A stretch of DNA of 64,000 bases from Patescibacteria group bacterium (GCA_028871115.1 JAGWOD010000003.1:103-64102), one strand, 5' to 3'. Numbered from the stretch's first letter, positions 19,809-29,385 are shown. Notes: generated by a model from the sequence alone, not told the origin. Program-made: numbers and translations.

Positions 19809-21551
19809 TTATTCTGAAATGACTCGCATCACTTCTTCAATCGAAGTTATTCCCTGCACCGCCTTAAAGACTCCATCCTCGGCCATAGTGAGCATCCCCT
19901 CTTTGCGCGCCTGAGTCTCAATCTCATCGGTGGAGGCCCGCTTGCCGATGAGTTCTTTGATGGCAGGCGAGACGCGCATGATTTCATGAATGCCGATGCG
20001 GCCTCGATACCCATCTTCGCACTCCGCGCTCTTTTTTGGACGCCAGAAAGAGATATCCCGCCAAGTTGCTTTCTTATCGACAATTTTTTCTTCCTTGAGC
20101 GCTGCCAGTACTTTCGGTAAGTCGGCAATTTTTCCAAGTTCCTCAAGTTCACGCTGCGTAGGTTTGTACTCTTCCCGCTCACGGCACAATTGGCGCACCA
20201 GACGCTCTCCGATGAGAACGCGCAGGGTAGAGACGAGAAGAAACGGCTCCGCATCCATATCGAGGAGCCGCGCAATCGCACCAGAAGCAGAATTAGTGTG
20301 TAGCGTCGAAAGCACTAGGTGTCCCGTGAGCGCGGCATTAATGGCAAGATTGGTCGTCTCCTTATCGCGGATCTCCCCCACCATGATGATATCCGGGTCC
20401 TGGCGCATGAGCGTGCGCAAGCCGTTGGCGAAGGAAAATCCGATGTCGGGACGCACCTGCGTCTGATTAACCCGCGGCATTTGATATTCGATAGGATCCT
20501 CAATCGTTGAAATGTTGACGTTCGGAGTATTGAGGATATCGAGCATGGTGTAGAGCATCGTTGTTTTGCCCGAGCCTGTCGGACCAGTGGCAAGAATCAT
20601 GCCGATTGTTTGCTTGAGCGCATCATGAACCGCTTCGAGCCCTTGCCCATGGAGTCCCAACCACTCAAGCGTCAGCCCCCGACGCCCTTCTGGAAGGAGG
20701 CGCAACACAATTTTTTCTCCAAACGCGGTAGGCAAAATTGAAACACGGATGGAGACGCGGTCTCCTTCGTTCTCTACTTTGAAACGACCGTCCTGCGGGA
20801 GGCGCTTTTCATCGAGTCGCAGGCTCGAAAGTACTTTAATGCGTGCAGTGATGCCGTCAGAAGCTGCCTTAGGAAGCCTCATCGCATCGCGCAGAATGCC
20901 ATCGATGCGGTAGCGTACCAGCAGTTCCTTTTCCTGCGGTTCTATATGGATGTCGGAAGCTCCTTGAATGATAGCGTGGCGTAAAAGAGCGTCGACAATG
21001 CGGACGATCGGAAGATGTTCAGCCGCTCGCTTGAGCTCCTCCTCTCCGAGTTCGTGTCCGCCGCCCGAAGGGCTGAGTGCCTGGGCTTCCCGCGCGATGA
21101 TATCGCCGAATTCCTGTTTGAGAGACTTCTGATACTGCACCAGCGCAGAGCGCATAGATTCACTACCGGTGAGACGCGGCAGTATCTTGAGTTTTGTTTT
21201 CTTTCGTATGAAATCGATCGCCGCGAGATCGTCAGTATCAAGCATCGCGACCTGGAGGGATTCTCCGTCTTTTCTGAATGCGACAATATTGTGGGCACGA
21301 GCGATGGGCTCGGGAATGAGGCTGAGGATATCTGGGTCAATGTGCTCGCGCTCAAGGTTGACGAAGGGAATACCGAGAACGGCCGCTTCAACACGGCGCA
21401 AATCGTCCTCCGAAATAGCTCCGGTTGAAACCAAGGCTTCACCAAGCACTTCGTTTTCACGCCCGCGCTTGGAAGCATCCTCTATCTGCGCCCGGGAAAC
21501 GAGCCCCGAGTCAAGCAAAAATTCCTTGAGTTGCCCCTCCTCAACGTGCAT
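19809..21551 (-). CDS. pilB: Type IV pilus assembly ATPase PilB (GspE family)
   Basis: Walker A GPTGSGKTT, Walker B and His-box region, and N-terminal GspE_N-like domain. Heads the pilB-pilC-pilin operon. Confidence 0.9.
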   Translation of the reverse strand: MHVEEGQLKEFLLDSGLVSRAQIEDASKRGRENEVLGEALVSTGAISEDDLRRVEAAVLGIPFVNLEREHIDPDILSLIPEPIARAHNIVAFRKDGESLQVAMLDTDDLAAIDFIRKKTKLKILPRLTGSESMRSALVQYQKSLKQEFGDIIAREAQALSPSGGGHELGEEELKRAAEHLPIVRIVDALLRHAIIQGASDIHIEPQEKELLVRYRIDGILRDAMRLPKAASDGITARIKVLSSLRLDEKRLPQDGRFKVENEGDRVSIRVSILPTAFGEKIVLRLLPEGRRGLTLEWLGLHGQGLEAVHDALKQTIGMILATGPTGSGKTTMLYTMLDILNTPNVNISTIEDPIEYQMPRVNQTQVRPDIGFSFANGLRTLMRQDPDIIMVGEIRDKETTNLAINAALTGHLVLSTLHTNSASGAIARLLDMDAEPFLLVSTLRVLIGERLVRQLCREREEYKPTQRELEELGKIADLPKVLAALKEEKIVDKKATWRDISFWRPKKSAECEDGYRGRIGIHEIMRVSPAIKELIGKRASTDEIETQARKEGMLTMAEDGVFKAVQGITSIEEVMRVISE

Positions 21552-21660
21552 CCTCTCTATTATATAGCCCTTTACTAGAGAGACCTGAGCTATAGGCTGC
21601 TTGAAAATACAGAATCCCTACTGCATACTGCGCCGCAGTTGCACTATCAAGGAGCGCCGC

Positions 21661-21837
21661 ATGGCACGACGTGGCTTTATTGAAGACACAAAGGGGGAAG
21701 ATTCGCTCTTCCTGGAATGGAAGCGAGCCTTCGAGGACAATCGTCTCCTATTTATTCTGGTTGTCCTTGCCTTCTTGGTCTGCGTAGGCTGGGGGGTATC
21801 CCACTACCACTTCCTTTCGATGGTAGTCGATGGCTAA
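21661..21837 (+). CDS. Small hypothetical membrane protein
   Basis: 58 aa starting at the internal Met of ORF 21601..21837: MARRGFIEDTKGEDSLFLEWKRAFEDNRLLFILVVLAFLVCVGWGV... with one TM helix. A plus-strand terminator follows at about 21956. Weak support. Confidence 0.3.
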   Translation: MARRGFIEDTKGEDSLFLEWKRAFEDNRLLFILVVLAFLVCVGWGVSHYHFLSMVVDG

Positions 21838-21955
21838 AAAGAAAAACCGCCCTCGGCAACCTCTCGCGCGAAGCCTCTGGGAGTGCCCGTGGTTCCTTGC
21901 GCATCGGCGACCAGGAAAAGTGAAGGCACTCATTGCTCACCTCAACAAAAAACTT

Positions 21956-21989
21956 ATGCCGCACTCCTAACGGATGCGGCATTTTATTT
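21956..21989 (+). terminator. Rho-independent terminator
   Basis: Stem ATGCCGCA/TGCGGCAT (21956..21982) followed by TTTATTTG. A TTGACA hexamer lies immediately downstream. Confidence 0.5.
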
Positions 21990-22006
21990 GACATACAGAA
22001 AATAGT

Positions 22007-22486
22007 ATGATTGTATGCTTTCGGCGCAAGAACAAGGGGAGGCACGCCTTTCAAAAACCCCATCTTGCGGAGATACGTTTGAACAGTCAAAAAGCCGAAC
22101 CAAGGCTGAACGCTGCAGCAGAGATCTACCTTCAAAGAGCTTGGAATCAGACGACTGCCGATCCGGACGAAATCGCCCGAAAACTCGGCATAACGGAGGC
22201 CAATGTCCTCGCGATTGCGGAAAGGCGCGGCTGGGTTCCACGACCTTCATTCAACGAGCGCGAATTTGCTGAAGAAGACTTCGCGCAGATACTCCAAAAA
22301 AGACAGCCAATGCTTCCCGCCAATCTCTCCCGCGAGGTCGTCGTTGTACGTTGGGAAGTCCGCTCAGGACGCTACGTACTCGAAGGGGCAACGCCGGAGC
22401 GTTTCGAAGAGTTGCTGCGGGAGGGCCTGCTGAAGTTCCAGCACGAACAAAAAGAACAGGCACGCCCCGAGCGCGTAGCGCAATAA
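22007..22486 (+). CDS. Hypothetical protein
   Basis: 159 aa ORF in the gap between the pilus operon and nusA. No recognisable motif. Kept at low confidence. Confidence 0.3.
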   Translation: MIVCFRRKNKGRHAFQKPHLAEIRLNSQKAEPRLNAAAEIYLQRAWNQTTADPDEIARKLGITEANVLAIAERRGWVPRPSFNEREFAEEDFAQILQKRQPMLPANLSREVVVVRWEVRSGRYVLEGATPERFEELLREGLLKFQHEQKEQARPERVAQ

Positions 22487-22660
22487 GATCTTTTCCAGGC
22501 AACACAGTCACCAAGGGCTCCGCTTCGGCGGGGTCCTTTTTGAGCCCCAGGAAATGCTTGACTCCTCGCCAGGTGAGGAGTAGAGTTTCACCATACGGAA
22601 ACCGCCCCGAGAGGGCGGTTGTTTCGTTCCCTACTACTAACCTACTAATCAAGACTATCT

Positions 22661-23875
22661 ATGTTTGATCTTAAAGTAATCAATTCGGTCCTTGGAGAAC
22701 TCGAGGACGAGCGAGGTATTCCGCGCGAGAAAGTCATTGGTGCCATCGAAGCAGCCCTCGCGACTGCCTACAAGAAGGAATATGGCAAGCGTGGACAGGA
22801 TATCCGGGCCAAACTCGATCTCTCAACAGGTGCCACCGAATTCATGCAAGTAAAAACCGTCGTCGATGAGCACACCGTGCGCTTCGAAGAGGAAGGAGAC
22901 GAGGAGGAAGTGCGCAAACCCGCCATGAAGACCGAAAAGGTCGAAGAGAGCGTGGGTGTACCTGTCGAAGAACTTCTCCCCCGCTATGATCCTGAGAAAC
23001 ATATCCTTCTTGCTGACGCGAAATTCATAAAAAAGGACGCGAAAGTTGGCGATGAGCTCGTGTTTCCTCTTGAAGGTAAGGAGGACTATGGCCGCATTGC
23101 AGCCCAAACTGCCAAGCAGGTCATTATCCAAAAGATACGGGAGGCAGAGAAAGTATCTGTTGTCGCTGAGTTCGGCAAACGCCAAGGTGAGATTGTTTCA
23201 GGGACTGTCCAGCGGATCGAGCGGGGCAATCTCTACATCGATCTCGGCCGGGCAACGGGCATTCTCCCGTACGAAGAACAGATCCAGGGGGAACGCTATC
23301 GCCAGGGAGAGCGTATCCGTGCGCTTCTCTACCAAGTAGAGGATTCCCCCCGGGGTGTGTATCTGCGTCTCTCGCGCGCACATCCACAATTCCTCGCAAA
23401 ACTCTTCGAAATGGAAGCTCCTGAAGTGGCCCATGGGACGGTCGTCGTTAAATCAATCGCTCGAGAAGCAGGTTCTCGCTCCAAAATAGCGGTTGCCTCA
23501 GTTGATCCCCATGTCGATCCGGTAGGATCGCTCGTCGGTCAGCGGGGCGTGCGTGTCTCGACCGTCACCTCAGAACTCGGTGGCGAGAAAATAGACATCA
23601 TTGAGTGGTCTGAAGATCCCAAGGCATATATAGAAGAAGCACTTTCGCCCGCTCGAGTCATATCAGTCGACATCGCTGAGGAAGCGCGACGCGCGACCGT
23701 CACCGTGACTGATGATCAACAGTCCCTTGCTATCGGCCGAGGTGGCCAGAATGTACGTCTCGCGGCAAAACTCACCGGGTGGTCAATAGACATCAAAGGA
23801 GCCCGAGGTGAAGAAGTCGCTGCAGCCAATAAGGAAGGCACGCTCGTCGAGGAAGAGCCAGCTGCTGCTGAATAA
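22661..23875 (+). CDS. nusA: Transcription termination/antitermination factor NusA
   Basis: NusA N-terminal domain (MFDLKVINSVLGELEDERGIPREKV...), S1 domain and two KH domains (GQRGVRVSTVTSELGGEKIDII, IGRGGQNVRLAAKLTGWSIDI). Confidence 0.9.
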   Translation: MFDLKVINSVLGELEDERGIPREKVIGAIEAALATAYKKEYGKRGQDIRAKLDLSTGATEFMQVKTVVDEHTVRFEEEGDEEEVRKPAMKTEKVEESVGVPVEELLPRYDPEKHILLADAKFIKKDAKVGDELVFPLEGKEDYGRIAAQTAKQVIIQKIREAEKVSVVAEFGKRQGEIVSGTVQRIERGNLYIDLGRATGILPYEEQIQGERYRQGERIRALLYQVEDSPRGVYLRLSRAHPQFLAKLFEMEAPEVAHGTVVVKSIAREAGSRSKIAVASVDPHVDPVGSLVGQRGVRVSTVTSELGGEKIDIIEWSEDPKAYIEEALSPARVISVDIAEEARRATVTVTDDQQSLAIGRGGQNVRLAAKLTGWSIDIKGARGEEVAAANKEGTLVEEEPAAAE

Positions 23876-23897
23876 AATTGTGTTATTCTGAATCACT

Positions 23898-24422
23898 ATG
23901 AATCTTTGGCGCGACATAGATCCGGGCTCAGCGGAAGAGATGATTGTGGTGACCGAAATTCCCCGCAGTTCAAACAACAAATATGAAGTCGACAAGGAAA
24001 CCGGGCTTATAACACTCGACCGCGTACTTCACAGCGCGCAGGTTTTTCCCTTTGACTACGGTTTTGTCCCGAAAACACTCTGGGACGACGGCGACGCACT
24101 TGATGTGATGCTGCTTGCCACTAATCCCTTCCCCTCCGGCATTCTTGTGAAAGCTCGGCCTGTGGGGCTCATTCGCATGACTGACTCCGGAGACAATGAC
24201 GACAAAGTGCTTGCAGTGCCCGTTAATGATCCGCGCTGGAGTTACGCCAAGGATCTTGGCGACATTAATAAGCACACGCTGCGCGAAATTGAACACTTCT
24301 ATTCGACGTATAAGAAACTCCAGAACAAGGAAGTAGTGGTCTCAGGTTTTGCTGGAGTAAAAGAAGCGAAGGAAGCATTTGAGCGTGCGCGCTCCCTCTA
24401 CAGCAAAAAATTCTCAAACTGA
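23898..24422 (+). CDS. ppa: Inorganic pyrophosphatase (family I)
   Basis: Family I PPase-like size with conserved acidic clusters (DPGSAEE..., DGDALDVM, SGDNDDKVLAVPVNDPRW) like the D-x-D-x-D and DKI(I/L)AVP motifs. Confidence 0.85.
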   Translation: MNLWRDIDPGSAEEMIVVTEIPRSSNNKYEVDKETGLITLDRVLHSAQVFPFDYGFVPKTLWDDGDALDVMLLATNPFPSGILVKARPVGLIRMTDSGDNDDKVLAVPVNDPRWSYAKDLGDINKHTLREIEHFYSTYKKLQNKEVVVSGFAGVKEAKEAFERARSLYSKKFSN

Positions 24423-24497
24423 GGTCACGTTCTAATCCAGAGAGACCCTCTGAGCGAAAATTTGCCTTCATGCCGTCTGGCGCGCTAGTATGCGCGA

Positions 24498-25520
24498 ATG
24501 CCATTTTCAGAACTGATACCCTCTTTTTCACTCAAAATACTTCCTGATTCGGAAGTGGAACTCTCGGGCGAAGTGCCGTATTCATGTATAGAAAAACATC
24601 GAGAAGATGCGCTCGCCCATATCGCTTCTGAGCTTGAACTGCCGGGTTTCCGCAAGGGTAATGTTCCTAAAGACCTGGTTCTCAAGAAAGTTGGCGAACT
24701 CGCGGTACTTGAAGAATCGGCTGAGTTTTTCGTACGAGATTTTTATCCCGAGCTCGTTCTCGGCAAGAAAATAGATGCTCTGGGCCGTCCCGATATCCGT
24801 ATTACGAAGCTCGCACCCGGTAATCCTATAGCGCTTACGATTCGCACGGCGGTCTACCCTGAACTTGTAGTGCCGCGCAGCTGGAAGAAGATAGCTGAGG
24901 GCATCGAGCGAGAGAAACAAGCTGAAGTGACGGACAAGGAGATCGAGGAAACTCTCGAATCACTACGACGTGGCCGCGCAAAGAAAGACGCTGCGGGTAC
25001 AGAAGTGTTGCCCGATCTCACGGATGATTTTGCCCATTCTATTGGTTCATTCAAGGATCTCGCAGATCTCAAGGAAAAAATAAAAGAAGGCATCGATGAA
25101 GAGAAAGCGCGCGCAGCTAAAGACAAGCGCCGGGGAGCGATAATTGAGGCGCTTCTTGCAAAAACAGAGGTGAATCTTCCTAAAGTCTTCGTTGAGAATG
25201 AGCTTGAGAAGATAGTGGCACAGCTCAAGGACGACGTTGCACGTCTTGGTATTTCTTTTGATGATTATTTGAAGCGAGTAAATAAGAGTGAGAAGGAAGT
25301 TCGGGAAGAGTTTCGATCACAAGCACAAAAACGCGCAAAACTGCAACTATTTCTCAATGAACTCGCACGTCAGGAGAAGATAGAGGCAGATGCGTCGGCC
25401 GTGGACGAGGAGATGAAACATGCTACCACCCATTTCCCCGATGCGAAGCCAGACCTGTTGCGGGTACATATAGAGACCGTACTTCGAAACGAAAAAGTGC
25501 TCCAAGCTCTTGAAGCCTAA
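24498..25520 (+). CDS. tig: Trigger factor (short form lacking a recognisable PPIase domain)
   Basis: Ribosome-binding signature GFRKGNVP (GFRKGKVP consensus) in the N-terminal domain, followed by C-terminal helical-arm-like sequence. 340 aa, with no FKBP-type insert. Lies upstream of clpP, as in the canonical tig-clpP arrangement. Confidence 0.75.
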   Translation: MPFSELIPSFSLKILPDSEVELSGEVPYSCIEKHREDALAHIASELELPGFRKGNVPKDLVLKKVGELAVLEESAEFFVRDFYPELVLGKKIDALGRPDIRITKLAPGNPIALTIRTAVYPELVVPRSWKKIAEGIEREKQAEVTDKEIEETLESLRRGRAKKDAAGTEVLPDLTDDFAHSIGSFKDLADLKEKIKEGIDEEKARAAKDKRRGAIIEALLAKTEVNLPKVFVENELEKIVAQLKDDVARLGISFDDYLKRVNKSEKEVREEFRSQAQKRAKLQLFLNELARQEKIEADASAVDEEMKHATTHFPDAKPDLLRVHIETVLRNEKVLQALEA

Positions 25521-25563
25521 GGAGGTATTTCCGGTGTACAATTAAGTACGGAAGGAGGTGCTC

Positions 25564-25644
25564 ATGCGTACATGTAAGCCGGACGGCGGCGACCGCGGCA
25601 TCGGTACTGAAAGGGGCGGCTGCAAGCCAATCGAGGGCGACTGA
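25564..25644 (+). CDS. Candidate 26-aa leader-like small ORF (MRTCKPDGGDRGIGTERGGCKPIEGD) between tig and clpP
   Basis: AGGAGG (25553..25558) sits 5 nt upstream of the ATG. The ORF ends 19 nt before a strong terminator hairpin. Called from sequence features only. Confidence 0.3.
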   Translation: MRTCKPDGGDRGIGTERGGCKPIEGD

Positions 25645-25662
25645 TCTCTCGCCTTTCGCATC

Positions 25663-25695
25663 AAGGGCCCCGCATAGCGGGGCCCTTAGTTTTAT
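25663..25695 (+). terminator. Rho-independent terminator / attenuator between tig and clpP
   Basis: 11 bp perfect stem AAGGGCCCCGC-ATA-GCGGGGCCCTT followed by AGTTTTATGG. Confidence 0.6.
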
Positions 25696-25737
25696 GGATG
25701 TTTGCTTCCCTTCCTCTTCTTCTGCTATCATCCCCCC

Positions 25738-26382
25738 ATGCAAAACAAAAATACTATCTACAATCAGCTCGTGCCTATGGTGGTCGAGAAAAGCCCTTAC
25801 GGCGAGCGGGCATTTGATATTTACTCTCGCCTCCTCAAGGAGCGCATTATCTTCCTCGGGGGGCCGATTGAGGATCATTCTGCTAACCTCATCATCGCTC
25901 AACTCCTATTCCTCGCCTCCGAGGATCCCAAAAAAGATATCCAGCTTTATATCAATTCTCCTGGTGGGTCAGTGACTGCTGCGCTCGCAATGCTCGATAC
26001 GATGGACTACATAAAGCCCGAGGTGGCGACAGTGTGCGTTGGCATGGCCGCTTCTGCTGCGGCTATTCTTCTTGCGGCAGGTGCCAAGGGCAAACGTTTT
26101 GCCCTCCCCAATGCCGAGGTGATGATTCACCAACCATGGGGCGGAGCCCAGGGTCAGGCAACTGATATTGAAATAACTGCCAAGCATATTATTGCGACTC
26201 GTGATCGTCTCAATCGCATTCTGGCTAAAGCAACAGGTCAGGATCTAAAGAAAATAGAGAGCGATGTGGAGCGTGATTACTTCATGAGTGCTGATGAAGC
26301 AAAAAAATACGGTATTGTCGACGAGATTTTTACGAGCAAGGTCGAAAAGCCTAGCGCTCCCGCTGCAGCGAAAGGAAAATAA
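25738..26382 (+). CDS. clpP: ATP-dependent Clp protease proteolytic subunit
   Basis: [55 protein letters not shown]...MIHQP, with catalytic Ser in GMAAS. Start taken at the internal Met ([10 protein letters not shown]). Confidence 0.9.
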   Translation: MQNKNTIYNQLVPMVVEKSPYGERAFDIYSRLLKERIIFLGGPIEDHSANLIIAQLLFLASEDPKKDIQLYINSPGGSVTAALAMLDTMDYIKPEVATVCVGMAASAAAILLAAGAKGKRFALPNAEVMIHQPWGGAQGQATDIEITAKHIIATRDRLNRILAKATGQDLKKIESDVERDYFMSADEAKKYGIVDEIFTSKVEKPSAPAAAKGK

Positions 26383-26398
26383 ACCTTAATGTATAAGG

Positions 26399-26436
26399 GC
26401 TCCGCAGGCCTTTTATTGCGCCTGCGGAGCTTTTCT
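26399..26436 (+). terminator. Rho-independent terminator after clpP
   Basis: 10 bp stem GCTCCGCAGG/CCTGCGGAGC followed by TTTTCT. Confidence 0.6.
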
Positions 26437-26609
26437 GATACTTTTAAGTAGTTCCTGAAATGTAGGTTCGCTTTTGAATTTAACAATTTTCAAGATTCCA
26501 CCCCGCTTTCCGTCATGACGATCTTCTCTGTGAACGAACCACGACTCTTCTCCGCGCGCTAGCTCACAGCCCGTTGTAGTACGGAGCGGTTTGGGATACC
26601 AAATCGCTT

Positions 26610-28139
26610 ATGTCATTAACACTACTTTTGTCTCTGCTCGCCGGTGCCGGCGTGGTAGGGATTGTCATTGGATACGTATTCCGTTGGCTCTTGGTGCTTG
26701 CCCGCAAAGGTTCAATCGAACTTGAAGTAAAACAAATTCTCCTCAATGCTCGCGAGGAGGCGAAGAAGATAACGGAGACTGCCGAGGTCAAAGGAAAAGA
26801 GGCAGCCGCTAGTTCGGAGCTTGAAATAAAGGAGAAAGAAGAGAAACTCTCCCGAGCTGAAGACCGCATATTCAAGCGCGAGGAAGCGCTCGACAAACGT
26901 CAAGGAGAACTTGACCGGGAGATTACAGGTCTTAAAGATCGTATTGAAGAGGTCCGGACGATCAAGGAGCGTACCGAGGTGCTTCTCAAAGAGCGTGGCG
27001 AGGCACTCGCCAAGGTCGCGGGGCTTACCAAAGACGAAGCCCGCAATCTTCTTACGCAAGAACTTGAACGCGAATTCAACGAAGATTTCATGGTTCGCGT
27101 ACAGAAACTTGAGCGAGAAGGCTACGAGAAGCTTGAGCGGCGTGCTCGAGAAATCCTTACAACCGCGATCCATCGGCTGGGCAATTCGGTTGCCTCCGAC
27201 ACGATGGCAACCGCCTTTACGATACCGAACGACGATATCAAGGGAAAAATCATTGGCAAAGAAGGCCGTAATATCAAGGCATTTGAGCGTGCAACCGGCG
27301 TTGAGGTGATGATTGATGATACGCCGGGCTCTATTGTCCTTTCCTCCTATGACCCCATCCGTCGTGCGGTAGCTCGTGTTGCGCTTGAAAATCTCATCGT
27401 CGATGGACGTATCCAGCCCGCAAAAATAGAAGATATGGTCGAAAAAGCGAAAGCAGAAGTAACTAAGATAATCAAAGACAAGGGAGAAGCTGCTGCGTAT
27501 GAGACGGGAGTGCTCAATCTTCCCCCTCAAGTCATACAGATTCTTGGTCGCCTCTATTTCCGCACAAGCTACGGGCAAAATGTTCTGCAACACTCGACCG
27601 AGATGGCCCACATTGCCGGTATGATTGCTGAGGAACTTGGTGCTAACGTCCAAGTTGCCAAGGCAGGCGCGCTTTTGCACGATATTGGCAAAGCACTCGA
27701 CCATGAAGTACAGGGTACGCATGTCGAAATAGGTCGCAGAATATTGCAGAAATTTGGAGTTGACGAAGCGGTCATTAAAGCCATGCAAGCCCATCACGAG
27801 GAATACCCTTACGAGACTGCTGAGTCCTACATCGTGCAGGTTGCAGATGCAATTTCAGGGGGACGTCCAGGAGCACGGCGCGACAGTGTCGAAAATTATC
27901 TCAAACGCCTCTCTGACATCGAAGCAATCGCCAATTCCTTCCCCGGTGTGGAGAAAAGCTTTGCCATTTCCGCTGGCCGCGAAGTGCGAGTGTTTGTTAA
28001 ACCTGATGAAATGAACGATTTTGCTGCCCGGGAACTCGCCCGCGACATCGCCAAACGTATTGAAAATGATCTGAAGTATCCTGGTGAAGTAAAGGTTATA
28101 GTTATCCGTGAGACACGAGCTATAGAATTCGCCCGCTAG
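26610..28139 (+). CDS. rny: Ribonuclease Y
   Basis: N-terminal TM anchor, coiled-coil region, KH domain (GKIIGKEGRNIKAFERATGVEVMIDD) and HD domain (HSTEMAHIAGMIAEELG...LLHDIGKA). Confidence 0.85.
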   Translation: MSLTLLLSLLAGAGVVGIVIGYVFRWLLVLARKGSIELEVKQILLNAREEAKKITETAEVKGKEAAASSELEIKEKEEKLSRAEDRIFKREEALDKRQGELDREITGLKDRIEEVRTIKERTEVLLKERGEALAKVAGLTKDEARNLLTQELEREFNEDFMVRVQKLEREGYEKLERRAREILTTAIHRLGNSVASDTMATAFTIPNDDIKGKIIGKEGRNIKAFERATGVEVMIDDTPGSIVLSSYDPIRRAVARVALENLIVDGRIQPAKIEDMVEKAKAEVTKIIKDKGEAAAYETGVLNLPPQVIQILGRLYFRTSYGQNVLQHSTEMAHIAGMIAEELGANVQVAKAGALLHDIGKALDHEVQGTHVEIGRRILQKFGVDEAVIKAMQAHHEEYPYETAESYIVQVADAISGGRPGARRDSVENYLKRLSDIEAIANSFPGVEKSFAISAGREVRVFVKPDEMNDFAARELARDIAKRIENDLKYPGEVKVIVIRETRAIEFAR

Positions 28140-28151
28140 AAAAGAATATTC

Positions 28152-28724
28152 TTACTTCACCGCGACGATAAAGGATGTGTAATTGAACTTGAGGTCTTGA
28201 ATAGATTCCTCAAGAATATCGAGCTTATTGCGCAGTGCAGCAGCTCGAGAAGCAATGACCGCAGTCGTAGAAGGAAGCTTCCCTTTCGCGAGGTCCTCAG
28301 CTGCCTTAGCGGTATCTGCATACTCGACCACTTTTACCTTGGGCCAAACCCTCTTGAGATACATGCGGCACTGCTTAAGCGCCTGATCGTGAGAGGTAAT
28401 AATTTTTATTTTATCCGCCCGCGTCCCTTTTTTGACCAGTAAATTGTGATGAACATCTATTTCGAATATCTTTTTTATAGAAAATCGATGCTTCGCCATA
28501 GCGTAGACTGCCTCTATGACAATACCTCCGTTGGAGTTCTCGATCGGGAAGATACCGGTGCTGATACTCCCCTGCTCAAGAGCTGCAAGGACATTCTCCA
28601 CAGTTATGAGATAGCGGATTTCATAGCGTTTAAGGCTGTTTTTGTGGGCGTAGGTCCGCGCTGCCTCTTCACTAAAGGATCCTCGGGCGCCAGAAATCCC
28701 AATAATTTCAACCTTTTTTCGCAT
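28152..28724 (-). CDS. Prephenate dehydratase catalytic (PDT) domain protein, no ACT domain
   Basis: IGISGARGSFSEEAARTY...FPIENSNGGIVIEAVYAM... matches the PDT domain pattern (GP-GTFS, ENS-GSV). Only 190 aa. Confidence 0.55.
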   Translation of the reverse strand: MRKKVEIIGISGARGSFSEEAARTYAHKNSLKRYEIRYLITVENVLAALEQGSISTGIFPIENSNGGIVIEAVYAMAKHRFSIKKIFEIDVHHNLLVKKGTRADKIKIITSHDQALKQCRMYLKRVWPKVKVVEYADTAKAAEDLAKGKLPSTTAVIASRAAALRNKLDILEESIQDLKFNYTSFIVAVK

Positions 28725-28913
28725 ATATACGGCACAGTAGCATAAAAATGGCTCAAATGCAGGATAAAATACAAAATAAGAAAATATTTAGTCAATCTTT
28801 TTCTGCTTTAAGGCTCTATTGCAAGGTTTTTTTGAGATTTTATACTGGAGAGCACGGGTTCCCCCACAGGAGCCATAGCGTTTTTAACAATTATCCATAG
28901 CGTATATATTCAC

Positions 28914-29186
28914 ATGAACAAGCAGGATATAGCGGAGAAGGTGCAGGGAGTGCTCGGTTCTACTAAAGCGGACGCCGAGCGCGCCGTTGAAGCAATGATA
29001 GATGCCGTTGTCGGTGGGCTCAAGAAGGGCGACGAAGTTTCGATCGCGGGACTCGGTATCTTCAAGACAAAGATGCGCGCGGCTCGAACCGCACGCAATC
29101 CGCGCACCGGAGCTTCCGTCCAGGTTCCGGCCATGCGCGTTCCTAAATTCCAGGCTGCAAAGGCTCTCAAAGACGCGGTAAAATAA
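28914..29186 (+). CDS. hup: DNA-binding protein HU
   Basis: MNKQDIAEKV...GDEVSIAGLGIFKTKMRAARTARNPRTGASVQVPAMRVPKFQAAKALKDAV, the full HU/IHF fold signature. Confidence 0.9.
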   Translation: MNKQDIAEKVQGVLGSTKADAERAVEAMIDAVVGGLKKGDEVSIAGLGIFKTKMRAARTARNPRTGASVQVPAMRVPKFQAAKALKDAVK

Positions 29187-29198
29187 TCCGCCTCTCAA

Positions 29199-29228
29199 AA
29201 AACGCCCCACACGGGGCGTTTTTTGTTT
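29199..29228. terminator. Bidirectional terminator between hup (+) and tRNA-Gly (-)
   Basis: AACGCCCC-ACAC-GGGGCGTT followed by TTTTTGTTTG. The minus strand reads TTTTTTGAGAGG after the same stem. Confidence 0.6.
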
Positions 29229-29231
29229 GTG

Positions 29232-29302
29232 TGCGGGATGGGAGAATCGAACTCCCAACTTCAGTTTGGAAAACTGACGTTTTGCCACTAAACTAATCCC
29301 GC
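29232..29302 (-). tRNA. tRNA-Gly (anticodon UCC)
   Basis: Reverse complement folds as a cloverleaf: acceptor GCGGGAT/ATCCCGC, anticodon stem TCAGT/ACTGA with loop TTTCCAA, and T-arm GGGAGTTCGATTCTCCC. 3' CCA is not encoded. Confidence 0.8.
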
Positions 29303-29385
29303 AATTCCACTACGGTAGCAGGATGATCTTCCGATAGCAATACATTTTCATTCCCCGGACAGCCTCAGCGGAGTATAGTTGGAAA

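Noticed and set aside
26712-27797. 361 aa minus-strand ORF
   Set aside because: It lies entirely antisense to rny, whose KH and HD domains are unambiguous. The translation is low-complexity (F/L/K-rich), with no motifs.
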